Shown: positions 1 through 10,506, counted from the stretch's first letter. The stretch is DNA of 64,000 bases from Promethearchaeota archaeon (GCA_029838195.1 JALGVJ010000004.1:128001-192000); one strand, 5' to 3'. Program-made: numbers and translations. The notes: generated from the letters alone by a model not told the origin.

Positions 1-1
1 A

Positions 2-217
2 GGATTTGGATTTATATCCCCTCTTAATGAAGACGGAAGCGTATCTCTTGATAAGGATAATTCTAAAGATATATTCGTGCATTTTTCTAACATTCAAATG
101 GATGGCTTTAAAAAATTAGATCAAGGAGATATTGTAGAGTTTGAAATCAGAGAATCTAAAGATAAAGGCCCCGAAGCAATTAACGTAAAATGTATTGCTA
201 AAGATCGCAGATTTTAA
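2..217 (+). CDS. Cold-shock domain protein, 5' end outside window
   Basis: Hand translation [62 protein letters not shown]; RNP1 GFGFI and RNP2 IFVHF; TAA at 215-217. Confidence 0.92.
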   Translation, partial: GFGFISPLNEDGSVSLDKDNSKDIFVHFSNIQMDGFKKLDQGDIVEFEIRESKDKGPEAINVKCIAKDRRF

Positions 218-593
218 TCATTTACACTACGTTTTTGTTAAAATTTTAGAATTTAAGTTCTTTTTTTCCTACTTTTTTCTTTCATTTCTCACTCACACTT
301 TTTTAGAAACATTAATAAAGATATTTTTACCTAAGAATAAGAGCCCTCCTAAATGAAATGGATGCTCTTTCAAAATTTAATCCATTAAATCATCATATTT
401 CGGGGTTAAATTATATTTAATGGAATTATTAAATTCATTCCATTTACAAAAAATTTCGCTTAGAAATTCAATAGAAATACAAATCCATATTTTAATAGGA
501 AGAAGGTTTCACGATCATTCTTATTAAGAATAAAATTTCATTAATCAATTAATAATAATTAAATTACTATAAAAATACATTTAATATATATAT

Positions 594-1001
594 ATGCACA
601 AGAATGAAGTAGATTTATTGATAAATAGATCAAAAGCATTTCTGGATGCTGTTAAAGAAAGATTAAAAAAAAAGAATTTTGATCTTGCGTGTTTCATGGC
701 CGAACAAGGTGCTCAACTTTTTTTAAAAGCAATTTTATTAGAGAGTTCCGGAGAATTTCCCAGAACGCATTCGATTAGGGAATTAATTACGATGATAGAA
801 TTTTTAAAAAATCAAGAAATATCTATGGATAGAAATGCCCTTACCTTTTTAGAAAGTGCATATATTAATTCGCGTTATTAAAGCTTTTTATATTCAGAAA
901 AAGATGCTAAAAATGCGATAAAAACAGCAGAAGAGGTGATAAAAATTGTGGAAGATATTAGAGCTCAAGAAAAAAAAGCTAGAAATGCTCAAGAATTTTA
1001 G
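594..1001 (+). pseudogene. HEPN-domain protein of a HEPN-MNT pair, interrupted by in-frame TAA at 879-881
   Basis: ACFMAEQGAQLFLKA, PRTHSI and AYINSRY are HEPN (COG2250-type) motifs; the same frame continues SFLYSEKDAKNAIKTAEEVIKIVE (expected last helix) to TAG at 999-1001. Confidence 0.8.
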
Positions 1002-1287
1002 AATTTTCTTAAAAGTTATTAAGGAGAATGCCAAATCACTCCTTAAAGATTGTCGAGTTTATTTATTTGGAAGTGTTTTAGATGAGGAAAATGTAGGAGG
1101 AAGCGATATTGATGTTTTGATAGTGGCGAATGTCCCTAAAAAACATATGTTAAGAGCAGAATTAGTGGCAACAATTGAAGAAAAATCCGGTTTGCCCTTA
1201 TATCATCCTTTTGATTTACATCTCATCGATTTTGAAGAACTCGAAAAGTGGAAGGATATTCATAAATTAAAGTTAGAACCAATATAA
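946..1287 (+). CDS. Minimal nucleotidyltransferase (MNT), antitoxin partner
   Basis: VYLFGS...SDIDVLIV motif; overlaps the HEPN frame; AGGTGA upstream of the TTG start. Confidence 0.88.
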   Translation: MWKILELKKKKLEMLKNFRIFLKVIKENAKSLLKDCRVYLFGSVLDEENVGGSDIDVLIVANVPKKHMLRAELVATIEEKSGLPLYHPFDLHLIDFEELEKWKDIHKLKLEPI

Positions 1288-1392
1288 TCAAATAGTAAGA
1301 ATGCAATATCATTATTAATTAAAAAAGAAATACATGCATTTAAACTAAAAATAAATCTTATTTTTCAAGAGATGGGTTGTGGATAAATAATA

Positions 1393-1728
1393 ATGGATAT
1401 CATCCATGGTCATTATGAATGTAATTTTTAGTATTTTGTTTGTTCTCATTATTCTAACATCATTGCATTAAAAATTGCCTTTACATTTAAAAAGGCTAAT
1501 GATATAATTTTATTTTAGTAAGTTTAGCTTGGATTGGCCTTTCTAAACCTTGGTGGTTTTCTAGTATTAGCTTTATTTTTAAATTCTTAATCATATATTT
1601 TACCTTCACGGACCTTTCAGTATTAGCTACAAGAAGAAATCAAGTTGATTATGATCTTGGCTTGATATTAATCTCATATTTAATCGTAAATTTATTAATT
1701 TTCATTATCTTAGCTTTTTTCTCATAAA
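1393..1728 (+). pseudogene. Decayed multi-pass membrane protein gene
   Basis: Frameshifted hydrophobic pieces MNVIFSILFVLII / NIIALKIAFTFKK / LVSLAWIGLSKPWWFSSISFIF, similar in layout to the membrane protein at 32122-32823. Confidence 0.5.
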
Positions 1729-1919
1729 ATGAGAAAAAAGAAATCTCAAATAAATTAATTGCTTCTAAAAAATGTTATTACGGGCATTAAAAAATTAAAT
1801 ACTAAAAACAATTCTTCACATTAGCTTTTTTTCATCCAATCTATTCAAGATTTTAAGAGATAAATGAAGGAATATAATAGATAAAAGGAAAAAAATTTAT
1901 TTAATTAAATTTGGTTTTT

Positions 1920-3269
1920 TTACCTTTCCCACGCAAAATCGAGCGTGACATATTTTTTCGTGTAAAAATAAGAAATCAATAAGATCACCGAACAAATCGG
2001 CCCCCACACGACTAAGCCCAAGGAAAACGTGTTAGTTCCTACTGTAATTGCAGGTAAAGAGGTGATTAACCCTAATAAAAATACGCCTATTGCTTGGAAA
2101 ATGTTTAAAATGATGCTTGGATATCCCACGTAGATTCCTGCCTTTAGAGCACCGGTAGTTTTACTATCATCATCCGCTAAATCCGCATACATTATATAAG
2201 GGAACAAATACCAGCCTCCTAAAATCGCCGCTATGCCTAATATGAAAAAAATTCCTAATATCAAGGGAGAAATGCTCGACACGAGTCCTAATAGGGTAAT
2301 CGGAAGAAATATCACCGCAACAATGAATATGGTTAATAAGGTAGGCTTCTTTCCTCGTTTTTCAATGGATTTTCTCCAGATATACAAGAAAATAAAAATT
2401 CCTAAAAGCAAGCACACTGCTACAATTAAATATTCCATCGTACTCAACCCAAGCACCACTTCTGTGTACGTGAGCATGACAGTGGAGATTATGCTCCATC
2501 CAAAACCTGAGATTCCCTGCATTAGGACCACCAGATTGTAGTTCTTGTTTTTTAGGATGATTTTCAAGTTTCCTATTAGATCCGTGTCAATTGGAAAATG
2601 TGGTTCTGTCGGCAACACGAAGCAAATTAAAGAGAATAAAAGTATCGCAATTCCACCGAACAAAATCACGATGATTAAAAATTCTGAAGGGATCGTATTG
2701 ATGTCCGTTTGTAATTTATCAAACACGTTAGTAAATACGATTAAAGTGGTCAATGCCATGATTCCGTTCCCTATAAAGTTAAAAGTATTTTGAGCTTGGG
2801 AAACAACAGGTCTTTCATTAATTGGGAAGAGTTCGGCAAGCCAAGCTTGATAAGGCGTGGTAATGGCATAACTAGCTCTAAAAATGATGTCCCAAATTAA
2901 TAACCATTGGAATAATAACGATTTATTATTGAGATCAGGCAATACTAAGCCCGGTAATAGTAAGAATATGAAAGTTATGCCAAGCAAGGGTGCGAAAACG
3001 ATCAAGAACGGTTTTCTACGCCCCCATTTAGTATATTTTGCATCACTAACCCATCCCAGTAAGAATTGAGCCGCTGCAATACTTAAATATCCCATGGCTT
3101 GAGCAAAACCAACTAAAATAGGATTCAAGCCATAAGCAACGTAATAGAGAGTAAAGAGAGCAAATCCTTCGACGCCTAGGACGAGAGAACTTCCGAGCCG
3201 AGGGGAAGCGAAAAGGATTTTTTTCGAGAGTGGCGTTTCTTTCCTTTCCGGCAATTCATTTTCTGACAT
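1920..3269 (-). CDS. MFS transporter, GPH/MelB (MFS_2) family
   Basis: GWVSDAKYTKWGRRKPF motif; ~12 hydrophobic segments; ADLADDD...GIYVG. Confidence 0.9.
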   Translation of the reverse strand: MSENELPERKETPLSKKILFASPRLGSSLVLGVEGFALFTLYYVAYGLNPILVGFAQAMGYLSIAAAQFLLGWVSDAKYTKWGRRKPFLIVFAPLLGITFIFLLLPGLVLPDLNNKSLLFQWLLIWDIIFRASYAITTPYQAWLAELFPINERPVVSQAQNTFNFIGNGIMALTTLIVFTNVFDKLQTDINTIPSEFLIIVILFGGIAILLFSLICFVLPTEPHFPIDTDLIGNLKIILKNKNYNLVVLMQGISGFGWSIISTVMLTYTEVVLGLSTMEYLIVAVCLLLGIFIFLYIWRKSIEKRGKKPTLLTIFIVAVIFLPITLLGLVSSISPLILGIFFILGIAAILGGWYLFPYIMYADLADDDSKTTGALKAGIYVGYPSIILNIFQAIGVFLLGLITSLPAITVGTNTFSLGLVVWGPICSVILLISYFYTKKYVTLDFAWER

Positions 3270-3429
3270 TATTTTCCACCGTTGAATTATTTAAAAATAT
3301 TAAGTCAAAATAATTTATTATCAGATAATTTTAGCACGTGATATTATATAAAGTTGTGAGTTCTATCAATGATGGAATGATAAAATTAATACTTTATGAA
3401 ATTTGGTAGGGAAGAGGAAGGGAAAGAAT

Positions 3430-4371
3430 TTACTTTTCTTCTTCTTTTTCTTCTTCCCATCCAAGTTCTTTGAGGATGGAGTCTAAAGCTTCCGATTCTT
3501 CCTCTAAAATAAAATCGCTATCATATTCTTTGGCAATGAATTCTTCATCAAATTCAGGGGCTTTTAATTCCTCAAAGGATGGTAATTCTTGAGAAGAAGG
3601 GGGTTCAGGAGAGAGTCGTGATGGTTCAGGCTGCGATGGGGGAGGAGCAGAAGGCTCTTCTTCAATTTCAATAGGAGTATAATCATCTAAAGGAAGGGGA
3701 GGAATTTCATCCTCATATACCTTGAAAGAAACTTGTTCAGATGGTAGAGATGTTTTGGACCGGGGAAGCGATACAACATTATTGACAATTCCTACTTCTA
3801 ATTGTTCGAGTTCTACGCCTTCTTGTTCCCATTCATCCAAGAATCCTAATAATTCGTCGAGAGCTTGTTTATCTTGATCAACGGATGGAATGAACGTTTT
3901 TGGTTCTTTTTCTGGTTCTGGTTCAGGTTTTTTCGTTAATTTTTGACGTTCTTTTTCTTCTAAGGATAAAGCCATTTCAGTAAATTCTCCACCCGAGAGA
4001 AGAATATTAAGCTTTCTGGCGAGTTCTCTTAAATATCCCAAATAATATCCGACTCTATAAATTGCTTTTAATCCTCCGAATACCAAGTAATCATCATTAA
4101 CCGCAATTAATATAGAATAACCGGCACTATTATGGAGGATGATTTCTTTTAAATCTCCATGATTGGAGACAGTGGTTAATCTGAGTCCTAAATCGATTAG
4201 AGCTGAACTAGAAGCTGAAACTGCATCTGCATCGAGTTCTGCGGAATGCGCACTGGCTACTTTCATCCCCACCCGTGAAAGGACGATTAAATTTTCCAAA
4301 TCTGTTTTTTCTTCCTCTTCTTTTAGAAGATTCATCATTTTATAACGTATATCTTCCGCAATTTCTGACAT
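3430..4371 (-). CDS. Roadblock/LC7-domain protein with long Pro-rich acidic tail
   Basis: N-terminal ~120 aa LIVLSRVGMKVASA...DADAVSASSSAL...LKEIILHNSAGYSILIAV fits the roadblock pattern; low-complexity E/P tail. Confidence 0.85.
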   Translation of the reverse strand: MSEIAEDIRYKMMNLLKEEEEKTDLENLIVLSRVGMKVASAHSAELDADAVSASSSALIDLGLRLTTVSNHGDLKEIILHNSAGYSILIAVNDDYLVFGGLKAIYRVGYYLGYLRELARKLNILLSGGEFTEMALSLEEKERQKLTKKPEPEPEKEPKTFIPSVDQDKQALDELLGFLDEWEQEGVELEQLEVGIVNNVVSLPRSKTSLPSEQVSFKVYEDEIPPLPLDDYTPIEIEEEPSAPPPSQPEPSRLSPEPPSSQELPSFEELKAPEFDEEFIAKEYDSDFILEEESEALDSILKELGWEEEKEEEK

Positions 4372-4442
4372 TTTCTTCGTGAAAAATTTTTCTTTTACAC
4401 TATAGGTTTGTTAAAAGTTATCTTCCCTACTATTAACATGAT

Positions 4443-5237
4443 TCATAAGTTATTATATTTTTTCATGGGGGATAAAAATTTTATAAGATTCATTTGAGTT
4501 TTAGAAGGGAGAATTAATTCCTTAAAATTATATCCCGTTATTTCCGTTATGATTTTCTTGATTTCTTCAAGAACTTCTTTAGGAATAAGATGGTCGGTAT
4601 TAATTTCGTATATTTTTTTATCTCCTTGAGGTGAACGGAATTCTTGGCGATAAAGAGCCATGATGGTGAGCAAATAATTTTTTTCTTGCTCATTCCATGA
4701 TTTTCGAATGGTTTCTAATGATTCTCGATGGGTGATGCGGTTTAGAATGGTTTCCGGACTGGCTGTAAGATAGAGGATATAATCTTCCTTCCATTTTACC
4801 GAGTTATACATGTCAGAAATTAATTGATAATCCTTTTCTTTCAATTTCAAGCCCTTGGAATAAATTAAAACACAAGAAGGGCTTCTATCTAAAATGAGAA
4901 TTCGTCCTCTATAACGACTGGTAAAATTCATAATGCTTTGATTCCGTCGAATGAATTGCTGCAAGAAATGAATTTCACTTCGGAAGGCTATTTGCTTATT
5001 CTTCGAACCGAATGGAAATGGAGGATTTTGAACGTACCGTTCTCTATAAAACTTGAATTTCTTGTTGTTTTCGCCCACGTCTTTCCGAAGTAAGTTAAAT
5101 ATAGTGGTTTTTCCTACACCATGAGGTCCCGCTATGGAAATTACAATATTGCGTTTTGTACCCTTGTTTCTATATTCTTTTTTACCCACTCTAATTTTCC
5201 TCGTGTAGGTTGAAATATATCGTGTGAATAAGAACAA
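4443..5237 (-). CDS. Deoxynucleoside/thymidylate kinase-family P-loop kinase (start may be a downstream GTG)
   Basis: IAGPHGVGKTT Walker A; ILDRS motif; ILYLTASPETILNRITHR lid region. Confidence 0.8.
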   Translation of the reverse strand: MFLFTRYISTYTRKIRVGKKEYRNKGTKRNIVISIAGPHGVGKTTIFNLLRKDVGENNKKFKFYRERYVQNPPFPFGSKNKQIAFRSEIHFLQQFIRRNQSIMNFTSRYRGRILILDRSPSCVLIYSKGLKLKEKDYQLISDMYNSVKWKEDYILYLTASPETILNRITHRESLETIRKSWNEQEKNYLLTIMALYRQEFRSPQGDKKIYEINTDHLIPKEVLEEIKKIITEITGYNFKELILPSKTQMNLIKFLSPMKKYNNL

Positions 5238-5320
5238 TCGGAAATAATATAATTACTAGAGATAATTGGTTTTTCCTTTTATTAAAAATTTCATATTTGC
5301 GGGATAATCATCTCATGTAT

Positions 5321-6418
5321 TTATAACATTATCATTATAACGATAAGCAAGTTATAAAATACACTCGCTATAATGGTATTATACAAGTTATGATTAATCT
5401 CATAAAGGATTCCCAGGATGACGAAAACGAGAAAGTCTAGTAAGACAAAAAAAATCCCATAAGGCAAGGAAAGGATCATTTCAATCACGGAATAAATGAG
5501 AGCCACTAATAAAATCACAATTGTTTTCCCATAAAGATCATCTTCAAATTTAGCTTTAAACGAGTTATGTAGCACTCCTCGAAATAATAGTTCAGAAGAT
5601 ATCGACCCTAAAATGATTAAAAGTACTAATATAAGTTTCCACCCTATTTCCAAATTGCGAAGGATTAAATTTTGCTCTTCAAGTAAGATGGAAATATTCA
5701 TGGTGTCCCATCCTAACGTGCTCATAAAATCAATGATATAGCCTGAGAACAGGTTGATGAATAAAAGTAGAACACCCCCAACCAAACCAATTATTATTGC
5801 AAGCAAGAAATTTTTACGCCCTTTAAGAAGTCCTAATTTTATAAAATCGTGGTCACGTGAACGAATATATACTAATGGATAAATCCCATATAATAGCTCG
5901 GGTAATAACCCTATATAAATTAAATAAATTGCAGGAATAGTTGAGGCCAAATCAAATATGGTTATTTGAAAGGCAATCAAGAGATACATCAATACCCGCA
6001 AGGAAACACATATTTCAACAATTCTAGCGCCTTCTTTTAAATTCCAAACATCTTTTTTAATATAAAAGTTAATTTCTGGTTCTAATTTCTTTTCAGTAAA
6101 TATGAAACCAGGTTTTGGCTCAGGTGGAGCTTTCACGTGCTCTGGTAGTTTCGGTAATATTGCATCGCATATAGGACATTGCTCTAAAATTTTTGAATTT
6201 ATAATTGATCCACATCCAGGACATTTTCTTGAGATTTCACCTGCTTGGTTTGAAATAACATGAGAGTCCAAGGTAGACGTCCTTTCACTGGGTTTTACTT
6301 TTATCACTAATTTCCCGCAGTGCTTACAATAAGTTGCTGATGGATCCACTTGCTGTCCACAGTGAGGACAAAAATCTAAAGCGATTGTTTCTTCTTTTCC
6401 TTTCCCTTCCTTCGACAT
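5321..6418 (-). CDS. Double Zn-ribbon plus CPBP/Abi (type II CAAX protease-like) membrane protein with degenerate catalytic motifs
   Basis: CPHC..CKHC and CPGC..CPIC; SSELLFRG in place of EExxFRG; multiple TM segments. Confidence 0.75.
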   Translation of the reverse strand: MSKEGKGKEETIALDFCPHCGQQVDPSATYCKHCGKLVIKVKPSERTSTLDSHVISNQAGEISRKCPGCGSIINSKILEQCPICDAILPKLPEHVKAPPEPKPGFIFTEKKLEPEINFYIKKDVWNLKEGARIVEICVSLRVLMYLLIAFQITIFDLASTIPAIYLIYIGLLPELLYGIYPLVYIRSRDHDFIKLGLLKGRKNFLLAIIIGLVGGVLLLFINLFSGYIIDFMSTLGWDTMNISILLEEQNLILRNLEIGWKLILVLLIILGSISSELLFRGVLHNSFKAKFEDDLYGKTIVILLVALIYSVIEMILSLPYGIFFVLLDFLVFVILGILYEINHNLYNTIIASVFYNLLIVIMIML

Positions 6419-6650
6419 TTTATAAAGAACGATAGGAATTTTAATTAGATTTTAAATAAAAGAATAATTTCTTATGTTTTCTATATAACCCAATATTATA
6501 ATAATTTATGTTTATCCATTTGAAGAGAAAATTTTCTCTTTGCTTGAAAGTACCTCTTATCATATTAATCTTTATTAGTTAAAATGAATTTAACTTATCT
6601 CGAGCTTGAGATCGTTAAATTTATTAGAATAAATTAATAAGTACAATCTC

Positions 6651-7764
6651 ATGGACAGAAAAGAACGAGTGAAACGAGCTTTTCATTTTAATCGACCAGA
6701 TAAGGTACCATTTATTGGATTAACGGTCGATTCTGATTTCTATCCCATTCAATTTTGTGAACCCATTACATGGCAACCCACGAATTATCCGCCTCATGTA
6801 AATGGAGGAGCTCAAAATTTTGCTAATCCTTCATTTCGAAGAGATGTGTATGACTGGAAACCCGAAATTAGAGAGTCTTTAGGATATCCTCCTAATTGGT
6901 GGGAATATCCCCATGAAAGTATTGATGAATTCGGTGTAATTTGGCGAACTTCCGGCACCAAAAGTGAAGATAAAACCATGGGACATCCCATTAAGGGTTC
7001 TTTACAAGGAGCTTCTCCCGAGGAAGGTTGGGAAAATCTTGATAATTTAAACCTACCGGATCCTCATAATTCTCTCCGATATAAGCTGATTATCGCGGGT
7101 CGGTGGAGAAAGATCGCAGAAGATCGTTATTTGATAGGGGATTTAGGTTCGGGGGGAATTTTTAATCGCTGCTCCACGATTAGAGGTTTTAACAATTTTT
7201 TAGTCGATTTAAGTCGTAATAATCACCCGAATCAAGTCAATCAACTGATTCGAATGATCACGGAATACAATTTAGGACTAATTGAAAACATGAAAAAATA
7301 TTGTCCCCCGTTAGACTCCATCATGATAAGTGATGATTTGGGGTCACAAAAATCGGCGTTTTTAAGTCCCATGATTTTTAGGAAATTTTTTAAAAAATAT
7401 TATGGTCAATTAGTATCCCTCACTCATGATTTAAACATGGATTTTATAATGCACTCGTGCGGAAATGTGTTAGCGCTTCTTCCAGAACTTCAAGATATTG
7501 GTGTTGACGTAATGGAGTTTGATAGTCCTCATATGACGGGGGTTGAAAATTTTAAGATTTTTGCAGAGAAAAGAAAAATGGCATTCTGGTTGAGCTCTAA
7601 TATTCAAACAACCTTTGTTCATGGTACTCCTCAAGATGTAGAAAATGAAATATACTAATTTTACCGCAATTAATGCCCCTCGGAAAAATGTTCGCGCTCA
7701 AAGAAAAGCGGTTCAAAAATGGGGAAAATATAATGAACATGGCGTTATTGAATGGTTAGCTTGA
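6651..7764 (+). pseudogene. Uroporphyrinogen decarboxylase / MtaA-CmuA family protein with a frameshifted C-terminus
   Basis: ERVKRAFHFNRPDKVP, DEFGVIW, RGFNNFLVDL, SDDLGSQ, MHSCG; ORF stops at 7658 and a C-terminus-like TNFTAINAPRKNVRAQRKAVQKWGKY follows in another frame to TGA at 7764. Confidence 0.75.
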
Positions 7765-7848
7765 TCATGGAACACGTCTCTTGAAAATGATAATAAATGA
7801 AGTTGTTCTTGTTGAGAAGATTAATGATTTGTTAATATCGATTTCTTT

Positions 7849-9096
7849 TTATTTTTTCACGATTCTCCTAACGACAGCATATAATTCCATCAAGATTAAC
7901 CCTTGGTAATACGTTATGGAGTCAAAATATCCTTCTCCTGATTGAATGCCCCCATATTCTAATGCTAATTGAGCATTTAACGCCGCCTTCATCATTAAAT
8001 CTAGTCCTTTGTAGATCAAATTCGGGCTAAATAGTCCGTGTAAAGGATTAGCCCACCACATGGGACATGAATGAAGGCTTCGATCATGAAAGTATCGCGC
8101 CGTAATATAATAATTTTTCATCTCATTCTCAGAGGGATTAGAGCATGATTTATCCGCCAAGAACATCAAGTTATTTAGACTACGCATAGCTTTCCAATAA
8201 AAATAATGAATTTTATTATCAGGATGGTTCCAAAGAGGAAACGGTATTTTTTTTTTAAGATCTTCCTGGGTCGTACTCCAACTTGATTCTCTAGGAACTA
8301 TATTTTCTTGCGGATTTTTCTTGAAAAGTTGAATCAATTCGCTAATTGTGACAAGTTGGATGCTCTTATTTTCGGAAATCAATTCGAGGAGGGTTTTCAA
8401 AAACAATTTTTCATAATTTTTAATGTGATGTCCAAAAGTCTCCATATCTACAGCGATAATGGAATAATTATCATGGAGATTTGAATTCACGAGTTCTTCA
8501 TAAAAATCTTTTGCAGATACGTGATTAAAAGCGATTCGATTACTCAAGATATCATCCCGAAAAAGAACGTGGAAATCGTTATCATATAAGCAAATGTAAT
8601 CTTTAGGCCACTTCAATTTTGATTTGTTTTCATCCATCGGAAAGGCAATCCCGCTACAAATGATCCATTTATAATTTAATTTCTGAATAATTTTCAAGAG
8701 AGAGGGAGAAATTGCCATTTCAGGGGGAAAAAAACCTCTTTTTTTCCAATACTTTCCAAATACTTTTTCATTTAATTGCTCATTTAAATGAATCTGTCGG
8801 AGAACTTCTCGTTCGGGAATTAAGGGTAAAATGGGATGATATTTTGCTGTTCCCAAAAGTTCTATTTTATTAGAAATAAGAAGCTTTTTTAAAAGTTCAA
8901 TTGGTTCTAATAGGCCGTGTTCTTCTAATAAGTCTATTAATACGCCATTCACATTCAAGTTGAATCGAGAAAAATCAAATTCTTCCATTAATTTCAAGAT
9001 AGGAATGTAGCTTTCTTGATTAATTTTCTTGAGAATTTCTACATCTTGAGTAGGGGGTTGATACGCATGTAAAAGAAAGGCAATAAAGGTTGTCAT
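7849..9096 (-). CDS. Glycoside hydrolase family 57
   Basis: HAYQP, HPILPLIP, GFFPPEMA (nucleophile Glu), DMETFGHH, SSWS. Confidence 0.9.
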   Translation of the reverse strand: MTTFIAFLLHAYQPPTQDVEILKKINQESYIPILKLMEEFDFSRFNLNVNGVLIDLLEEHGLLEPIELLKKLLISNKIELLGTAKYHPILPLIPEREVLRQIHLNEQLNEKVFGKYWKKRGFFPPEMAISPSLLKIIQKLNYKWIICSGIAFPMDENKSKLKWPKDYICLYDNDFHVLFRDDILSNRIAFNHVSAKDFYEELVNSNLHDNYSIIAVDMETFGHHIKNYEKLFLKTLLELISENKSIQLVTISELIQLFKKNPQENIVPRESSWSTTQEDLKKKIPFPLWNHPDNKIHYFYWKAMRSLNNLMFLADKSCSNPSENEMKNYYITARYFHDRSLHSCPMWWANPLHGLFSPNLIYKGLDLMMKAALNAQLALEYGGIQSGEGYFDSITYYQGLILMELYAVVRRIVKK

Positions 9097-9232
9097 GAGT
9101 TATTTTTCAAGATTAATTCCTATTAAAAAAAAATACCGAGTTAATAAAAAAAAGATCTCATCTCAAAAAATATTAATGATAATAAAGAGTTCATGAAAAT
9201 GGGACTCCTAAAAGAAAAAGAATCTAATAATT

Positions 9233-10345
9233 TTATCTTTCAATTATTGTTTCTTTAATGGCTGTTCCAAAATGAGTAGCTCCTGGTCCCACGTGAGCTA
9301 AAACTTCATCTCCGATCTTTATATCCACCACGGATTTGGCTTTGCCTCCAGGAATTACAAATCGAATGGTCTCTGCATTCTGACAAGTGCAACTAATCGG
9401 GACTTTTTGCTCTCCCTTAGTTGCTTCAAATTCAAATCTCAACATGGGCCGAGTTTCAATTTTAATTCTTCCAACTGAAACGATACGAACGTGCCCTTCA
9501 TGATTCACGGCTAAGACTTGTTTTCCTCCCTTCAATTCGCTTAAATAACTGGTGCGATAGGGTTTATCAGGCTCGTCACTGGGAACTAGAATGTAGGCAG
9601 AAACATCCCCCGCATTAACTCGAAATGGTCTTGAGGCCACGAATTTAGTATCAAAAGTTTCTGAATGGATTAAGCAAAATCCTGCTGCAGTGGATCCAAC
9701 TAGGAAACCTTCTCCAAAATGAAGTAAAGAAGTGGTATCTACACAGACGCGATCTGCTTCTGGAATGTTTTCAATTTTCATAACTCGTGCCTTTGTTAGT
9801 TCAATAGTGAATTCTCCTTGCGTTAATTTTTTTAATTCAATTAAATCATTAGGATGGCGGGGTTCCATGAGCACGCCATCCACCCCTCGTTCTAACGTTT
9901 TCAACATTAATTCTGCCTCTTTCACGTTCTCAACCTCTGCTATAAGTTCTGTTTCATCTAATTGCATTTCAGCAATGAGATTCTCAAATGGGATCACTTT
10001 CCAATCTTTAGCGCTAACAATAATGAAATCAATGCTTGAGTTTCTTGAGATTTCTACGATTTCTCTCTCATCTTCTTTAGATTTTAACACCATATAAAAA
10101 CCAATTTTTTTGTTACTCTCTACGGATTTCCTTATTTCTTCAATTTCTTGTTTATCAGTCAGAATCACGTGAGTTGAAGACACGTCTTTATCTTTCGAAT
10201 AGGTAGTAAGGCGCTCGATGGCTTCAAATTCGGGCCATGTATCTCGAGAAATTAAGAAATTCAACAAATCCTTATTAAACGCTTGTTGTACTAATTCTTT
10301 AAAATTCGCCTTTTTTTTCTCAAAATTCAAGATAATTTTTTTCAT
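9233..10345 (-). CDS. aroB': 3-dehydroquinate synthase II (archaeal type)
   Basis: DWKVIPFENL, LERGVDG, DRVCVDT, RPFRVNAG, YLSELKGG, GRIKIETRP, QNAETIR. Confidence 0.93.
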   Translation of the reverse strand: MKKIILNFEKKKANFKELVQQAFNKDLLNFLISRDTWPEFEAIERLTTYSKDKDVSSTHVILTDKQEIEEIRKSVESNKKIGFYMVLKSKEDEREIVEISRNSSIDFIIVSAKDWKVIPFENLIAEMQLDETELIAEVENVKEAELMLKTLERGVDGVLMEPRHPNDLIELKKLTQGEFTIELTKARVMKIENIPEADRVCVDTTSLLHFGEGFLVGSTAAGFCLIHSETFDTKFVASRPFRVNAGDVSAYILVPSDEPDKPYRTSYLSELKGGKQVLAVNHEGHVRIVSVGRIKIETRPMLRFEFEATKGEQKVPISCTCQNAETIRFVIPGGKAKSVVDIKIGDEVLAHVGPGATHFGTAIKETIIER

Positions 10346-10506
10346 AATAGTGAAAATTGGACTAGTTAAAGTTTATTATATTTTATTTTCATTTCTTTAT
10401 TATTAGAGAATAGCATATAATCAACAATAAATATATAAGATTGAAATACATTTATTGAAATAAATTTTAATAATTATTTTTTAATTACAATTCGAACCAA
10501 ATCATC

